Positions 53,425-62,292 of a stretch of DNA of 64,000 nt are shown here, piece after piece. Source of the DNA: Ignavibacteria bacterium. GTDB taxonomy: Bacteria > Bacteroidota > Ignavibacteria > UBA10030. The stretch covers positions 8,522 through 72,521 of the forward strand of contig VGVZ01000014.1 of assembly GCA_016873805.1 (NCBI GenBank), in the 5' to 3' direction. The translations under genes and the position numbers were made by a program. Under the pieces are notes generated by a model, which searched no databases, had not been told where the DNA came from, and saw nothing but the letters and a program-made list of their open reading frames with translations. Numbering within the stretch: position 1 is the stretch's first letter; every line of letters begins with the position of its first letter.

Positions 53425-53961
53425 ATGAGGTTCTTCATCCTCGTTGCTCTCTGTTTTCTCCCGAGCGCGTTCACCGTGGCCCAGCCGAGCGGCATCGATG
53501 TGGGCCAACGGGCGCCCGAATTCACTCTTTCCTACGCGACACGGGATTCCGTCTCACGCGTTCCGCTCAGCCTGACGGAGCTCACTTCGAAGGGAAGCGT
53601 CGTGCTGGCCTTCTATCCCGCCGACTGGAGTGGAGGGTGCACGAGAGAGGTGTGCTCGTTTCGGGACAACTTCGCGGATCTCCAATCGCTCGACGTACAA
53701 ATCCTGGGGATCAGCGGCGACTATGTCTGGTCTCATCATGCCTGGGCCAAGCATCACGATCTTCCCTTCCGTCTGTTGAGCGATCACGACCACGCCGTGG
53801 CGAAGACATATGACAGCTACAATGAACGGTCGGGCTACAATCGGCGGACGATCTTCGTCATCGACCGAAGCGGGATCATCCGATATCGCAATCTTCAGTA
53901 CTCGGTCGCCGATTCCAAGGACTTCGAGCGATTGAAGGAGGAGCTCGCGAAAATCCGGTAA
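53425..53961 (+). CDS. Exported peroxiredoxin-like redoxin (AhpC/TSA)
   Basis: Signal peptide, APEFTL, FYPADWSGGCTREVC, RTIFVID. Confidence 0.85.
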   Translation: MRFFILVALCFLPSAFTVAQPSGIDVGQRAPEFTLSYATRDSVSRVPLSLTELTSKGSVVLAFYPADWSGGCTREVCSFRDNFADLQSLDVQILGISGDYVWSHHAWAKHHDLPFRLLSDHDHAVAKTYDSYNERSGYNRRTIFVIDRSGIIRYRNLQYSVADSKDFERLKEELAKIR

Positions 53962-54070
53962 TCGCGCCTGCTCTGGCGTCCCAGATTGGAATGTCTGAAA
54001 AAAATACCGTAGCTTGGGCGGTGATTTTTCTATCATCACCTCATTTACCACAGACAAGACTTCTTAAACT

Positions 54071-55108
54071 ATGGTTCATACGATTATGATGTTGCTACTC
54101 TCCTGGGGAATAACCGACACGGGAGCCCTCAGAGACGATCCGATCCATCATCCTGACGAGGCGCACTTCAAGAACGTCAGGCAATTGACGTTTGGAGGAA
54201 GAAACGCCGAAGCCTATTTCTCCTATGACGGCAAGTCGCTGATCTTCCAATCGACGCGCGATCCCTATGAATGCGACCAGATTATGAGAATGAATCTCGA
54301 CGGATCAAACCAGGTGTTGATTTCCACCGGCAAAGGAAGAACGACCTGCGGATACTTTTTCCCGGATGACAAAAAGATCTTGTACGCTTCAACCCATCTT
54401 CACGGCGTTACGTGTCCGCCGCCCACGGACCGATCCAAAGGGTACGTCTGGGGAGTTTTTTCTTCGTACGATCTCATCGTGGCCAACGCTGACGGAACTG
54501 ATCCAAAACCGCTCTTTGCTTCACCGGGATACGACGCCGAAGCGACGATCTCTCCCAAAGGGGACAAAATCGTCTTCACGTCGACACGCGATGGCGATCT
54601 CGACCTATTCACCATGAACATCGACGGCTCGAACGTGAAGCGGATCACGAGCGATATCGGATACGACGGCGGGGCCTTCTTTTCCTGGGATGGAAAGAAG
54701 ATCGTTTATCGTGCTCATCATCCGACCGATCCCAAAGAAGTTCAAGAGTATAAAGAACTCCTCGGCAACCAGATGGTAAAACCGAGTCAGATGGAAATCT
54801 TCGTGATCGATCCCGATGGGAAGAACAAGAAGCAGATCACCTCCAACGGAGCAGCAAATTTTGCTCCCTTCTTCCACCCCGATAACAAACGGATCATTTT
54901 CGGATCAAATGTCGAACGGGGGGGTCGGCAGTTCGATCTCTTCATTATGAACGTCGACGGCTCAAACCTGAAACGAATAACGAGGACGGGAGATTTCAAT
55001 TCATTCCCGATGTTCTCGAAGGATGGAAAGAAACTTGTGTTCGTCTCTGATCGTAATGCGAAAGGGAGTTATGAGTATAACGTGTTTATCGCTGATTGGG
55101 TGGATTAG
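54071..55108 (+). CDS. TolB-like / PD40-repeat beta-propeller protein
   Basis: Repeated FSxDGKxIVF motifs, NAEAYFS, GYDAEAT. Confidence 0.8.
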   Translation: MVHTIMMLLLSWGITDTGALRDDPIHHPDEAHFKNVRQLTFGGRNAEAYFSYDGKSLIFQSTRDPYECDQIMRMNLDGSNQVLISTGKGRTTCGYFFPDDKKILYASTHLHGVTCPPPTDRSKGYVWGVFSSYDLIVANADGTDPKPLFASPGYDAEATISPKGDKIVFTSTRDGDLDLFTMNIDGSNVKRITSDIGYDGGAFFSWDGKKIVYRAHHPTDPKEVQEYKELLGNQMVKPSQMEIFVIDPDGKNKKQITSNGAANFAPFFHPDNKRIIFGSNVERGGRQFDLFIMNVDGSNLKRITRTGDFNSFPMFSKDGKKLVFVSDRNAKGSYEYNVFIADWVD

Positions 55109-55134
55109 GAACCCTCTGCCGAAAGGATGATTTC

Positions 55135-56943
55135 ATGAAGCATTTGATGAGTCTCCGTATTGCTGCCCTTCTGATCGTTTCATCCGTTGCACTCTCCCAA
55201 CCTGTTCGGACTCCGGACATCACGATCGACGAGCTTCGTCACCACCTTCGGTATCTGGCATCCGATGAACTCGAAGGTCGGCGCGCAGGGTCCAAAGGCG
55301 CGGATCTTGCTGCTGAGTACATCGGAAAGGAGTTCAAGGCGTACGGATTGAAACCTGCAGGCGATAAGGGAAGCTATTTCCAGGAATTCGAGTTTGTGTC
55401 GGGCGTCGAACTCGGGAAGAAGAATGTATTCGCCGCAGGAGCGGGAAAAGAGAAACATGCCTTCACACTCGGCGCCGATTTTCGGCCGCTCGGTTTCTCC
55501 TCCACCGGATCGTTCAAGGGAGGAGTGATCTTTGCCGGGTACGGCATCACGGCGACCGAAAAACAGTACGACGACTACGCCGGTATCGATGTGAAGGAGA
55601 AGGCGGTGATTTTCTTGCGGTACCATCCGGAGGGAGACAATCAGCATTCCGAATTCAACCAGTTCGCCGCGTATCGATACAAAGCCACGAAAGCGCGAGA
55701 GCTTGGAGCGAAGCTGATCATCGTTGTCACAGGACCGGCCGATTCAGACAAGGATGAACTCCTGCGCCTCAGTTACGACAACACGATCGGCAATGCCGGA
55801 ATTCTGGCAGTCTCGATGACGCGCGCATCGTTGGACAAGCTCCTCCAATCGAGCGGAACTACCGTCAAACAGCTGCAGGAAGAGATCAACACGGTGAAGA
55901 AACCGAAATCATTCAACCTTTCAAATGTCACACTCGATGTCGCGCTGGAAGTGCACGAAGTGCGGATGAAAACGAAGAATGTCATCGGTTATTTGGAGGG
56001 ATCCGATCCCGCGCTGAAGGATGAGATCGTGGTCGTCGGTGCCCACTATGACCACCTCGGGATGGGGGGCGAAGGATCGGGTTCACTGAAGCCGGACACG
56101 ATTGCCGTTCACAACGGCGCGGATGATAACGGATCGGGGACTGTGGGGATGCTCGAGCTGGCGCAGCATTTCAGTGCAAAGCGAGGTGAGCTTAAGCGAA
56201 GCATGATGTTCATGGCGTTTGCCGGCGAGGAACTCGGCCTGCTCGGCTCAGCGAATTTCGTTAAGAATCCCACCATCGATCTCTCGAAAGTCGCCGTCAT
56301 GATCAACATGGATATGATCGGCAGAATGAGCGAGCGGAAACTCATCGTGTATGGGATCGGAACTTCTCCCGGCTTCAAAGATCTTGTGAACTCGCACAAC
56401 AGCGATTCGGCGTTCGTCCTCAAGCTCAATCCCGACGGGTTTGGTCCCAGCGATCATGCGTCGTTCTACGGCAAGAACATCCCTGTCTTCCATTTCTTCA
56501 CTGATTTGCACGGTGACTACCATCGACCTTCGGACGACGAGCCGTTGATCAACTACGACGGGCTGGCGCAGGTGCTGCGATATGTCGGAGCGATTGCTGC
56601 AGATTTGAATCAGCAATCCGCAAAACCCTCCTACGTGCAGGTTGAGGCTCCGCGCCCCGCCGGTGGTGGACGCGGTGTACGGGCGTACACCGGCACGATT
56701 CCGGATTTCGGCGAGCAGTCGGAAGGGATGAAGATTTCCGGTGTGCGCGAGGGAAGTCCCGCTGCAAAAGCCGGACTTCAGGGGGGCGACGTCATCATCA
56801 AGTTTGGGAAAGTGGACATCAAGAACCTGTACGATTACACGTTTGCGCTGGGCGAGTACAACATCGGAGACGAAGTTGACATCGTCGTGAAGCGGGGGAA
56901 CGAAGTACTAACCTTCAAGATCGTGTTGGAGAGAAGAAACTAG
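55135..56943 (+). CDS. M28 aminopeptidase with PA and PDZ domains
   Basis: GAHYDHLG, NGADDNGSG, AGEELGLLGS, PSDHASF, YHRPSD, C-terminal PDZ (GSPAAKAGL). Confidence 0.9.
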   Translation: MKHLMSLRIAALLIVSSVALSQPVRTPDITIDELRHHLRYLASDELEGRRAGSKGADLAAEYIGKEFKAYGLKPAGDKGSYFQEFEFVSGVELGKKNVFAAGAGKEKHAFTLGADFRPLGFSSTGSFKGGVIFAGYGITATEKQYDDYAGIDVKEKAVIFLRYHPEGDNQHSEFNQFAAYRYKATKARELGAKLIIVVTGPADSDKDELLRLSYDNTIGNAGILAVSMTRASLDKLLQSSGTTVKQLQEEINTVKKPKSFNLSNVTLDVALEVHEVRMKTKNVIGYLEGSDPALKDEIVVVGAHYDHLGMGGEGSGSLKPDTIAVHNGADDNGSGTVGMLELAQHFSAKRGELKRSMMFMAFAGEELGLLGSANFVKNPTIDLSKVAVMINMDMIGRMSERKLIVYGIGTSPGFKDLVNSHNSDSAFVLKLNPDGFGPSDHASFYGKNIPVFHFFTDLHGDYHRPSDDEPLINYDGLAQVLRYVGAIAADLNQQSAKPSYVQVEAPRPAGGGRGVRAYTGTIPDFGEQSEGMKISGVREGSPAAKAGLQGGDVIIKFGKVDIKNLYDYTFALGEYNIGDEVDIVVKRGNEVLTFKIVLERRN

Positions 56944-57094
56944 ATTTGCGCTTACGCAGAATCCCCACAAAGACGAACCGCAGAGGACACTGAGGGGCGC
57001 AGGGCACTTGCGAGGAGCGTCCTGCACAGATTGGATGGCTTTTTTTCTTGGAGATTCAGCAACCGTTCGTTATATTTGGTCTGTTTGGTTGCAA

Positions 57095-57169
57095 GGGGTC
57101 GTAGTTCAGTTTGGTTAGAACGCCTGCCTGTCACGCAGGAGGTCGCGGGTTCGAGTCCCGTCGGCCCCG
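57095..57169 (+). tRNA. tRNA-Asp(GTC), intact; CCA not encoded
   Basis: GGGGTCG/CGGCCCC acceptor stem, anticodon arm CCTGC-CTGTCAC-GCAGG, T arm GCGGG-TTCGAGT-CCCGT. Confidence 0.96.
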
Positions 57170-57209
57170 CAAAAGCAAAAATGCCCCTCGCGGGCATTTT
57201 TGCTTTTGC
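57169..57209. terminator. 18-bp perfect inverted repeat after tRNA-Asp (copy 1 of 3)
   Basis: GCAAAAGCAAAAATGCCC-ctcgc-GGGCATTTTTGCTTTTGC; repeated at 57590-57630 and 60670-60710. Confidence 0.75.
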
Positions 57210-57299
57210 CATTGATGATGCGGCTGTGTCCCGCTCGCTTTTTGAGCGGGGTCGGCCCTCGCAGAAAGAACTTCTTTCACAGGAAGCCTTTTTTTTGTT

Positions 57300-57566
57300 G
57301 TGGCACACTGGGTTTACATCATCCAAAGTGAGGCTGATGGAACGTATTATGTAGGTTCAACGGAAAACGTTTCCGCTCGTTTGGAGCAACACAATCTTGG
57401 CTGGACACGCTCAACGAAAGCGATGCGCCCGTGGAAGGTCGTCCATATCCAAGAGTGTCAGACGAAAACTGAAGCGATGAAACGTGAACGACAGATCAAA
57501 CAAATGAAGAGCCGTGTCTATATCCAGCGGCTCATTCTGGGCGCAGGAGGTCGTCCCGATCCGTAG
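57300..57566 (+). CDS. Small stand-alone GIY-YIG nuclease family protein
   Basis: 88 aa; WVYII...YYVGST...RLEQHN...STK..RPW...AMKRERQIK. The 3' end runs into a tRNA-derived repeat. Confidence 0.88.
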   Translation: MAHWVYIIQSEADGTYYVGSTENVSARLEQHNLGWTRSTKAMRPWKVVHIQECQTKTEAMKRERQIKQMKSRVYIQRLILGAGGRPDP

Positions 57567-57651
57567 GATCGGGAAGTCCCGTCGGCCCCGCAAAAGCAAA
57601 AATGCCCCTCGCGGGCATTTTTGCTTTTGCCATTGACGATGCGGCTGTGTC
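57542..57651 (+). repeat. tRNA-Asp 3' fragment with T-arm replaced by a 21-nt palindrome, plus duplicated downstream tail
   Basis: CGCAGGAGGTCG-[TCCCGATCC gta GGATCGGGA]-AGTCCCGTCGGCCCCG followed by a copy of 57170-57230. Confidence 0.9.
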
Positions 57652-57705
57652 TCGCCTGTCCCGCCAGAAAGCGGCGGGATCAATTTGGTTCTTTGCAGGA
57701 CAATC

Positions 57706-57746
57706 GGGGTCGTAGTTCAGTTTGGCTAGAACGCCTGCCTGTCACG
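57706..57746 (+). pseudogene. tRNA-Asp 5' fragment (nt 1-41), left attachment site
   Basis: GGGGTCGTAGTTCAGTTTGGCTAGAACGCCTGCCTGTCACG, one mismatch to 57095-57135. Confidence 0.88.
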
Positions 57747-57881
57747 AGTATTTCTCCACGGTTTCTTCTTCATTTCTGATTTGTTTTCCGCACAGCGCCC
57801 TTCAAGCACCTTTCACGTCTTCTGACACTTTCCAGCCTTAGAGCTCTCAGCATCACTCATCTGCCACTTTTTGGAGGAGTT

Positions 57882-58883
57882 ATGCCGAGCCTCATACGTC
57901 ACAAAAACGGGATCTACTACGTCGTTTCCACGGACAAGGGCAAGCGAATCTGGCGATCACTCCGCACGAAGAACCGAAGGCAAACCTACCAGGTGTTCCT
58001 TGAGCGAAATCCCGCGGAGGTAGAGCAACAGGCACTATGTCTACAAGAGGCGGAGAACCAGTATCTGGACTACGTAAGCACCAACTTCTCACCGACCACC
58101 GTTAACGTATATCGAAATATTTCTTCCCAGTTCAACAAGTTCATTGGAAACCCACGTATCAACGAGATCACCATACGCGATATTGAGTTATACAAGTCCA
58201 GCCGAATTCGGACTGTTTCTCCAAGTACTGTGAACCATGAACTTCGGGGACACAAGGCGTTCTTCAATCGCCTTGTTATTTGGGATCTCCTCCCAAGGAG
58301 TCCAATGAACGGTGTGAAAACGATCAGAATCACGGAGAAGACCAGGCCGTATCTCTCGAAGGAGGAACTTCAAAGGCTTCTCGACTACACGAGCGGGACA
58401 CCGCTTCACGATATCATACTTCTGACCGTTATGACCGGACTTAGGAGAGGTGAACTCATCAACCTAACCTGGGAAGATATTGACTTCGCTCGAGGCACCA
58501 TCCTCGTCAGGAGCCGTAAAAATCACCAAACTAAAGCCGGAAAGAAACGGGTCTTGCCTATGAACACGACCGCAAGAATTCTTCTGGGGCAAATGAAGGG
58601 CAGACAAGGAAGGCTTTTTTCGGGTGAACGAGGGGGATTACTTAACGGGAACCTCTTGAGAGCAAGATTCAAAAGAACGGTGAGGGCGTGTGGTTTGGAT
58701 AGCAGACTTCATTTTCACTCACTCCGACATACGTTTGCCAGTTTGTTGGTTAAGGAGGGTGTTTCTTTGTATCATGTACAGAAACTCCTGGGCCATTCCT
58801 CGCCACGAGTTACAGAAATCTACGCGCACTTAGGTGGTGCTGAGTTGCTTGGATCCGTTGAAAAACTCTGCAACGAAAGGTGA
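57882..58883 (+). CDS. Tyrosine recombinase / phage integrase
   Basis: TGLRRGE, HSLRHTFAS, LGHSS, TEIYAH catalytic residues; RBS GGAGG. Confidence 0.93.
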   Translation: MPSLIRHKNGIYYVVSTDKGKRIWRSLRTKNRRQTYQVFLERNPAEVEQQALCLQEAENQYLDYVSTNFSPTTVNVYRNISSQFNKFIGNPRINEITIRDIELYKSSRIRTVSPSTVNHELRGHKAFFNRLVIWDLLPRSPMNGVKTIRITEKTRPYLSKEELQRLLDYTSGTPLHDIILLTVMTGLRRGELINLTWEDIDFARGTILVRSRKNHQTKAGKKRVLPMNTTARILLGQMKGRQGRLFSGERGGLLNGNLLRARFKRTVRACGLDSRLHFHSLRHTFASLLVKEGVSLYHVQKLLGHSSPRVTEIYAHLGGAELLGSVEKLCNER

Positions 58884-58961
58884 TTGTTCAACGTCTCTTC
58901 GAGGCGGGTGGGCGTGGGCAGATCCCTGGAGAAAGGAGGCGAGGCATGTCGAAGGTGAACA

Positions 58962-59279
58962 CTAATGTGGCGTTTCTGTCTTGTACTCTCTTTGACGTAG
59001 TCGGGATCGGATAATATCATTAAGGAGAGCGCGATCGAATTCCTGAATATTGTCGACATCGATCTTCTTGGTCAATTCACCCCTGGAGTACTCTAACGCC
59101 AATTGACCGAAAATCTCATCAAAAAAGGATACCGAGGCGACCAACACATTTCCGAAGTCGATCCTTATGGTGTCAACTTTGTTCCACTGGTCAATGATCA
59201 GGTCGTGAACTACTTTCCCGTCGTCTCGAGTGACGATGTTTTTGCCACACGTTTCAATTATGTTGATCATGTATTCCAT
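58962..59279 (-). CDS. STAS-like domain protein (DUF4325-like)
   Basis: TRDDG...IRIDFGNVLVASVSFFDEIFGQL pattern. Confidence 0.7.
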   Translation of the reverse strand: MEYMINIIETCGKNIVTRDDGKVVHDLIIDQWNKVDTIRIDFGNVLVASVSFFDEIFGQLALEYSRGELTKKIDVDNIQEFDRALLNDIIRSRLRQREYKTETPH

Positions 59280-59281
59280 AC

Positions 59282-60166
59282 TCAGAATATTGGCTCGTCT
59301 CGCATCTCTGATTCGAGGATATATAGCCCCTCTCCGTCGGCCCTCGCAATAATATTGACAATTGTGCCTTCAAAAGCAATCCGGAGCTTCTTCTGCCAAA
59401 TGGCGACACCATTGCCATTCTTGTAGTTCCAGTGGACCCATCCATCTCCAGACATGATATGGATTTCGCCCTCGTTGACCTTCAAGAATCTATGGATATG
59501 GGTTAATCCAAGACCAGCGAGTTTCCCAACGCGACTCGAAACGCCCTCTTCAATGGCAAGCTTAATTGCATCAATTGAATTTGTAAGATGAGCATAGGTG
59601 GGAACAGAGGACAGAGCCCTGAGGATACCACGCCCAAAATCTGTAATACAGATGTTTACGTTGCCTCGTTCGGTGTAGGATTGAGCGCAAACAAAACATC
59701 CTTCCAGTGTTTCACTATGGTCAAAGGTATTCGTCATCAGCTCGTTGATACTCAGGTGCAGGGAATCCTTCACCCCCTGGGACATAGTCAAAACACTCTG
59801 AAGAACGTTGATGATCGTGCTTGTGTATGTTGGATCCAATCCGTTGAAATGCCGTAGTTCCGCTTGGTGATGGGCATATTTCATGGCTCCATCTCGCCCT
59901 TTCCCCCATTCGTAGAATCCAATGCTTGTCAGATATTCATTGAGTTTCTTGTTGAGTGCAGGACGGTAGCTAACAACATGTCCGCGCGCGATACACGCTT
60001 TGGCGGCTCCAACAATGAAAGTGATAGCGAATGGATCGCTGAAGGCGCAATTGGACAAGTCAAACAGTATCTCCTGATCAGGGGAGAAAATTGCGGCTTG
60101 GCACCTTTCGATGATGCAATTGGCATTCCTGATGGTGAGAAGCAGCGGGAACTTTACGACATGCAT
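59282..60166 (-). CDS. GHKL (HATPase) ATP-binding protein with N-terminal STAS-like region
   Basis: N-box ELMTNTFDH, G1 DFGRG, G2 GLGL, C-terminal GT; N-terminal FDLSNCAFSDP. ORF extends to 60214. Confidence 0.72.
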   Translation of the reverse strand: MHVVKFPLLLTIRNANCIIERCQAAIFSPDQEILFDLSNCAFSDPFAITFIVGAAKACIARGHVVSYRPALNKKLNEYLTSIGFYEWGKGRDGAMKYAHHQAELRHFNGLDPTYTSTIINVLQSVLTMSQGVKDSLHLSINELMTNTFDHSETLEGCFVCAQSYTERGNVNICITDFGRGILRALSSVPTYAHLTNSIDAIKLAIEEGVSSRVGKLAGLGLTHIHRFLKVNEGEIHIMSGDGWVHWNYKNGNGVAIWQKKLRIAFEGTIVNIIARADGEGLYILESEMRDEPIF

Positions 60167-60595
60167 ATTGGAACTCGCGATGGTTGGCTCAGAGTATCGC
60201 AAAAATAGCAACATTGGCGACCAATTTCAATTCCTGGGTTCATGAACTTTCTTCGGATGTTTTGACGACTGTCTGAGAATGACATCGGTCCCACCAATGT
60301 TGTGACAATCTGCGGGGTTGAAGATGGTGTCTTCCCGATCGCACAACTACCTCAGAAGCGATATGATCTCGGGATCGAGGAGGCAAATTGACGTGCAAAG
60401 ATAAAAACAGTCACGTCCAGCGAGGCGCTATCGCAATCAACATCATGGCGAGTGGATCGAAAAAGCACCCTCCGATTTCGGGATTAGACTTTTCGGGATC
60501 CACACAGTTAGATTTGACCCCGAGCCGGCGTAGTATGTGCTTGGAACGCCATCTGGCGAGTGATTAAGAAAAGTTATACCTTTCGAATGTTCCTT

Positions 60596-60761
60596 AGTTT
60601 GGTTAGAACGCCTGCCTGTCACGCAGGAGGTCGTCCCGATCCGTAGGATCGGGAAGTCCCGTCGGCCCCGCAAAAGCAAAAATGCCCGCGAGGGGCATTT
60701 TTGCTTTTGCCATTGACGATGCGGCTGTGTCCCGCTCGCTTTTTGAGCGGGGTCGGCCCTC
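60596..60761 (+). repeat. tRNA-Asp fragment (nt 14 to end) with the same 21-nt palindrome in the T-arm, plus a 91-bp duplicated tail; right attachment site
   Basis: Matches 57108-57260 except for the palindrome (60634-60654), an inverted terminator loop and one substitution. Confidence 0.9.
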
Positions 60762-60768
60762 CCAGAGC

Positions 60769-60803
60769 AGACCCAATCCCCCATCGAGGGGGTTGGGTCT
60801 TTT
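60769..60803. terminator. Hairpin with U-tract
   Basis: AGACCCAATCCCC-catcgag-GGGGTTGGGTCT-TTT. Confidence 0.55.
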
Positions 60804-61257
60804 CTTGTAATGGGCACGTGACTCTATCCCGCCTGATTATTTTCACTTGCAGATAACTTGTGGGCGCTTAGCGTTTTCGAGAAAAAACTCTTCCGGTAGT
60901 GTCGTTACTCCAAAGAGATAAAGGATGCCTGTCGCTCCCCCACCTTGCAAGATACAACTACCCCTTCCGGCATGCGGCAAGATGTCTTCCTTTCGTTGAT
61001 CCAACCTCTCGACGCTCATCAGCATCGATGACACGGCCTTCCCGTCGAAACAGACCATGGAACGTTGATCCTCCTGAGTCTGCTGGAGATTGTTCCTTTC
61101 CGTCCTCTCTTGCAACACCAACGTGTGGAACGATAACGTACTTTTCCGATGTTCATCTGAGCGACAGTTTCCGGCAGCAATTCTCATTTTTGCTTCTCAG
61201 GAGTTATTTGTATATTAAGCTGATTTTTTCAGACCGCATGAAGGACAGAAGACGTAG

Positions 61258-62289
61258 ATGAGCACGAGCACAACCGAGGTCGAGCAGAAGAACACCAGTT
61301 CCCGCACGATGGGTCTCCCGAAAAAGACGCTTCTCAAGTGGTACGATGAGATGCTGCTCATCCGTCGATTTGAGGAAAAGTGCGCGCAACTCTACGGCAT
61401 GGGCAAGATCGGGGGGTTCTGTCACCTCTACAACGGGCAGGAGGCCGTTTCCACAGGTTCTATTGGAGCGATAACGGAGAACGACTACGTCATTACCGCC
61501 TATCGCGATCATGGACACGCAATCTCCAAAGGAATCGATCCGAATGCGATCATGGCCGAGATGCTCGGGAAGTCCACCGGGACGACGAAGGGAAAAGGGG
61601 GTTCGATGCACCTGTTTGATCACCGGAAGAACTTCCTCGGTGGACATGCGATCGTCGGCGGCCATCTCCCGATCGCAGCCGGTGTGGCGTTCGCCATCAA
61701 GTACCGGAACGAGCAAAAGGTTATCCTGTGCTACATGGGGGACGGCGCAACCAACATCGGATCGTTTCACGAATCGATGAACATGGCATCACTTTGGAAG
61801 CTACCGGTTATCTTCATCATCGAAAACAATCGATACGGGATGGGGACTTCCGTCGAGCGTTCGTCAGCCGTCACCGATCTACACAAGCGTGCGGTAAGCT
61901 ACAACATGCGTGACGCAGTCATAGACGGACACGACGTGCTGGCTGTGTACAAGGCAACCAAAGAGGCGGTCGATCACGCCAAAAGGACGCATGAGCCGAC
62001 ACTCCTTGAGATGCGCACCTTCCGTTACCGCGGCCATTCCATGTCCGATCCTATTCACGGCCACTATCGGACAAAGGACGAGGTGGAGTCGCAGAAGAAG
62101 CTTGACCCGATTGAACTCTTTGCCGATATCCTGCGTACCGAAGGCCTCGCCGATGCGTCCTATTTCAAGGATGCAGAGAAGCGAATCAAGAAGATCGTTG
62201 AAGAATCCGTCACATTTGCAGAGCAGAGTCCCGAACCTCCGCTCGAAGAACTCTACACAGACGTATATCGAGAATCGACCGGAGAGTAG
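61258..62289 (+). CDS. pdhA: Pyruvate dehydrogenase E1 alpha
   Basis: GGFCHLYNGQEA, GKGGSMH, GDGA TPP motif, RYRGHSMSDP. Confidence 0.95.
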   Translation: MSTSTTEVEQKNTSSRTMGLPKKTLLKWYDEMLLIRRFEEKCAQLYGMGKIGGFCHLYNGQEAVSTGSIGAITENDYVITAYRDHGHAISKGIDPNAIMAEMLGKSTGTTKGKGGSMHLFDHRKNFLGGHAIVGGHLPIAAGVAFAIKYRNEQKVILCYMGDGATNIGSFHESMNMASLWKLPVIFIIENNRYGMGTSVERSSAVTDLHKRAVSYNMRDAVIDGHDVLAVYKATKEAVDHAKRTHEPTLLEMRTFRYRGHSMSDPIHGHYRTKDEVESQKKLDPIELFADILRTEGLADASYFKDAEKRIKKIVEESVTFAEQSPEPPLEELYTDVYRESTGE

Positions 62290-62292
62290 GGG

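Larger units (their letters stand above)
57719..60623. mobile_element. Small integrative element (~2.9 kb) in a tRNA-Asp copy
   Basis: 28-bp direct repeat AGTTTGG(C/T)TAGAACGCCTGCCTGTCACG at 57719-57746 and 60596-60623, adjacent integrase, visibly more AT-rich cargo. Confidence 0.8.

Noticed and set aside
56975-57005. ACCGCAGAGGACACTGAGGGGCGCAG, reminiscent of short purine-rich intergenic repeats
   Set aside because: Only one degenerate copy is visible in the window, so it cannot be supported as a repeat.
56952-57354. ORFs overlapping tRNA-Asp and its repeats (also 57411-57683 and 60443-60846)
   Set aside because: They are translations of tRNA and terminator sequence, not credible proteins.
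57554-57574. Hairpin interpreted as a tRNA intron
   Set aside because: It replaces 8 essential T-arm bases instead of interrupting an intact sequence, so removing it would not restore a tRNA.
57095-60761. Possible CRISPR array
   Set aside because: The repeats are tRNA-derived, long and irregularly spaced, with no uniform spacers and no cas genes.
60843-61261. Overlapping 114-aa and 120-aa ORFs upstream of pdhA
   Set aside because: No motifs or clear RBS; more likely a promoter or spacer region.
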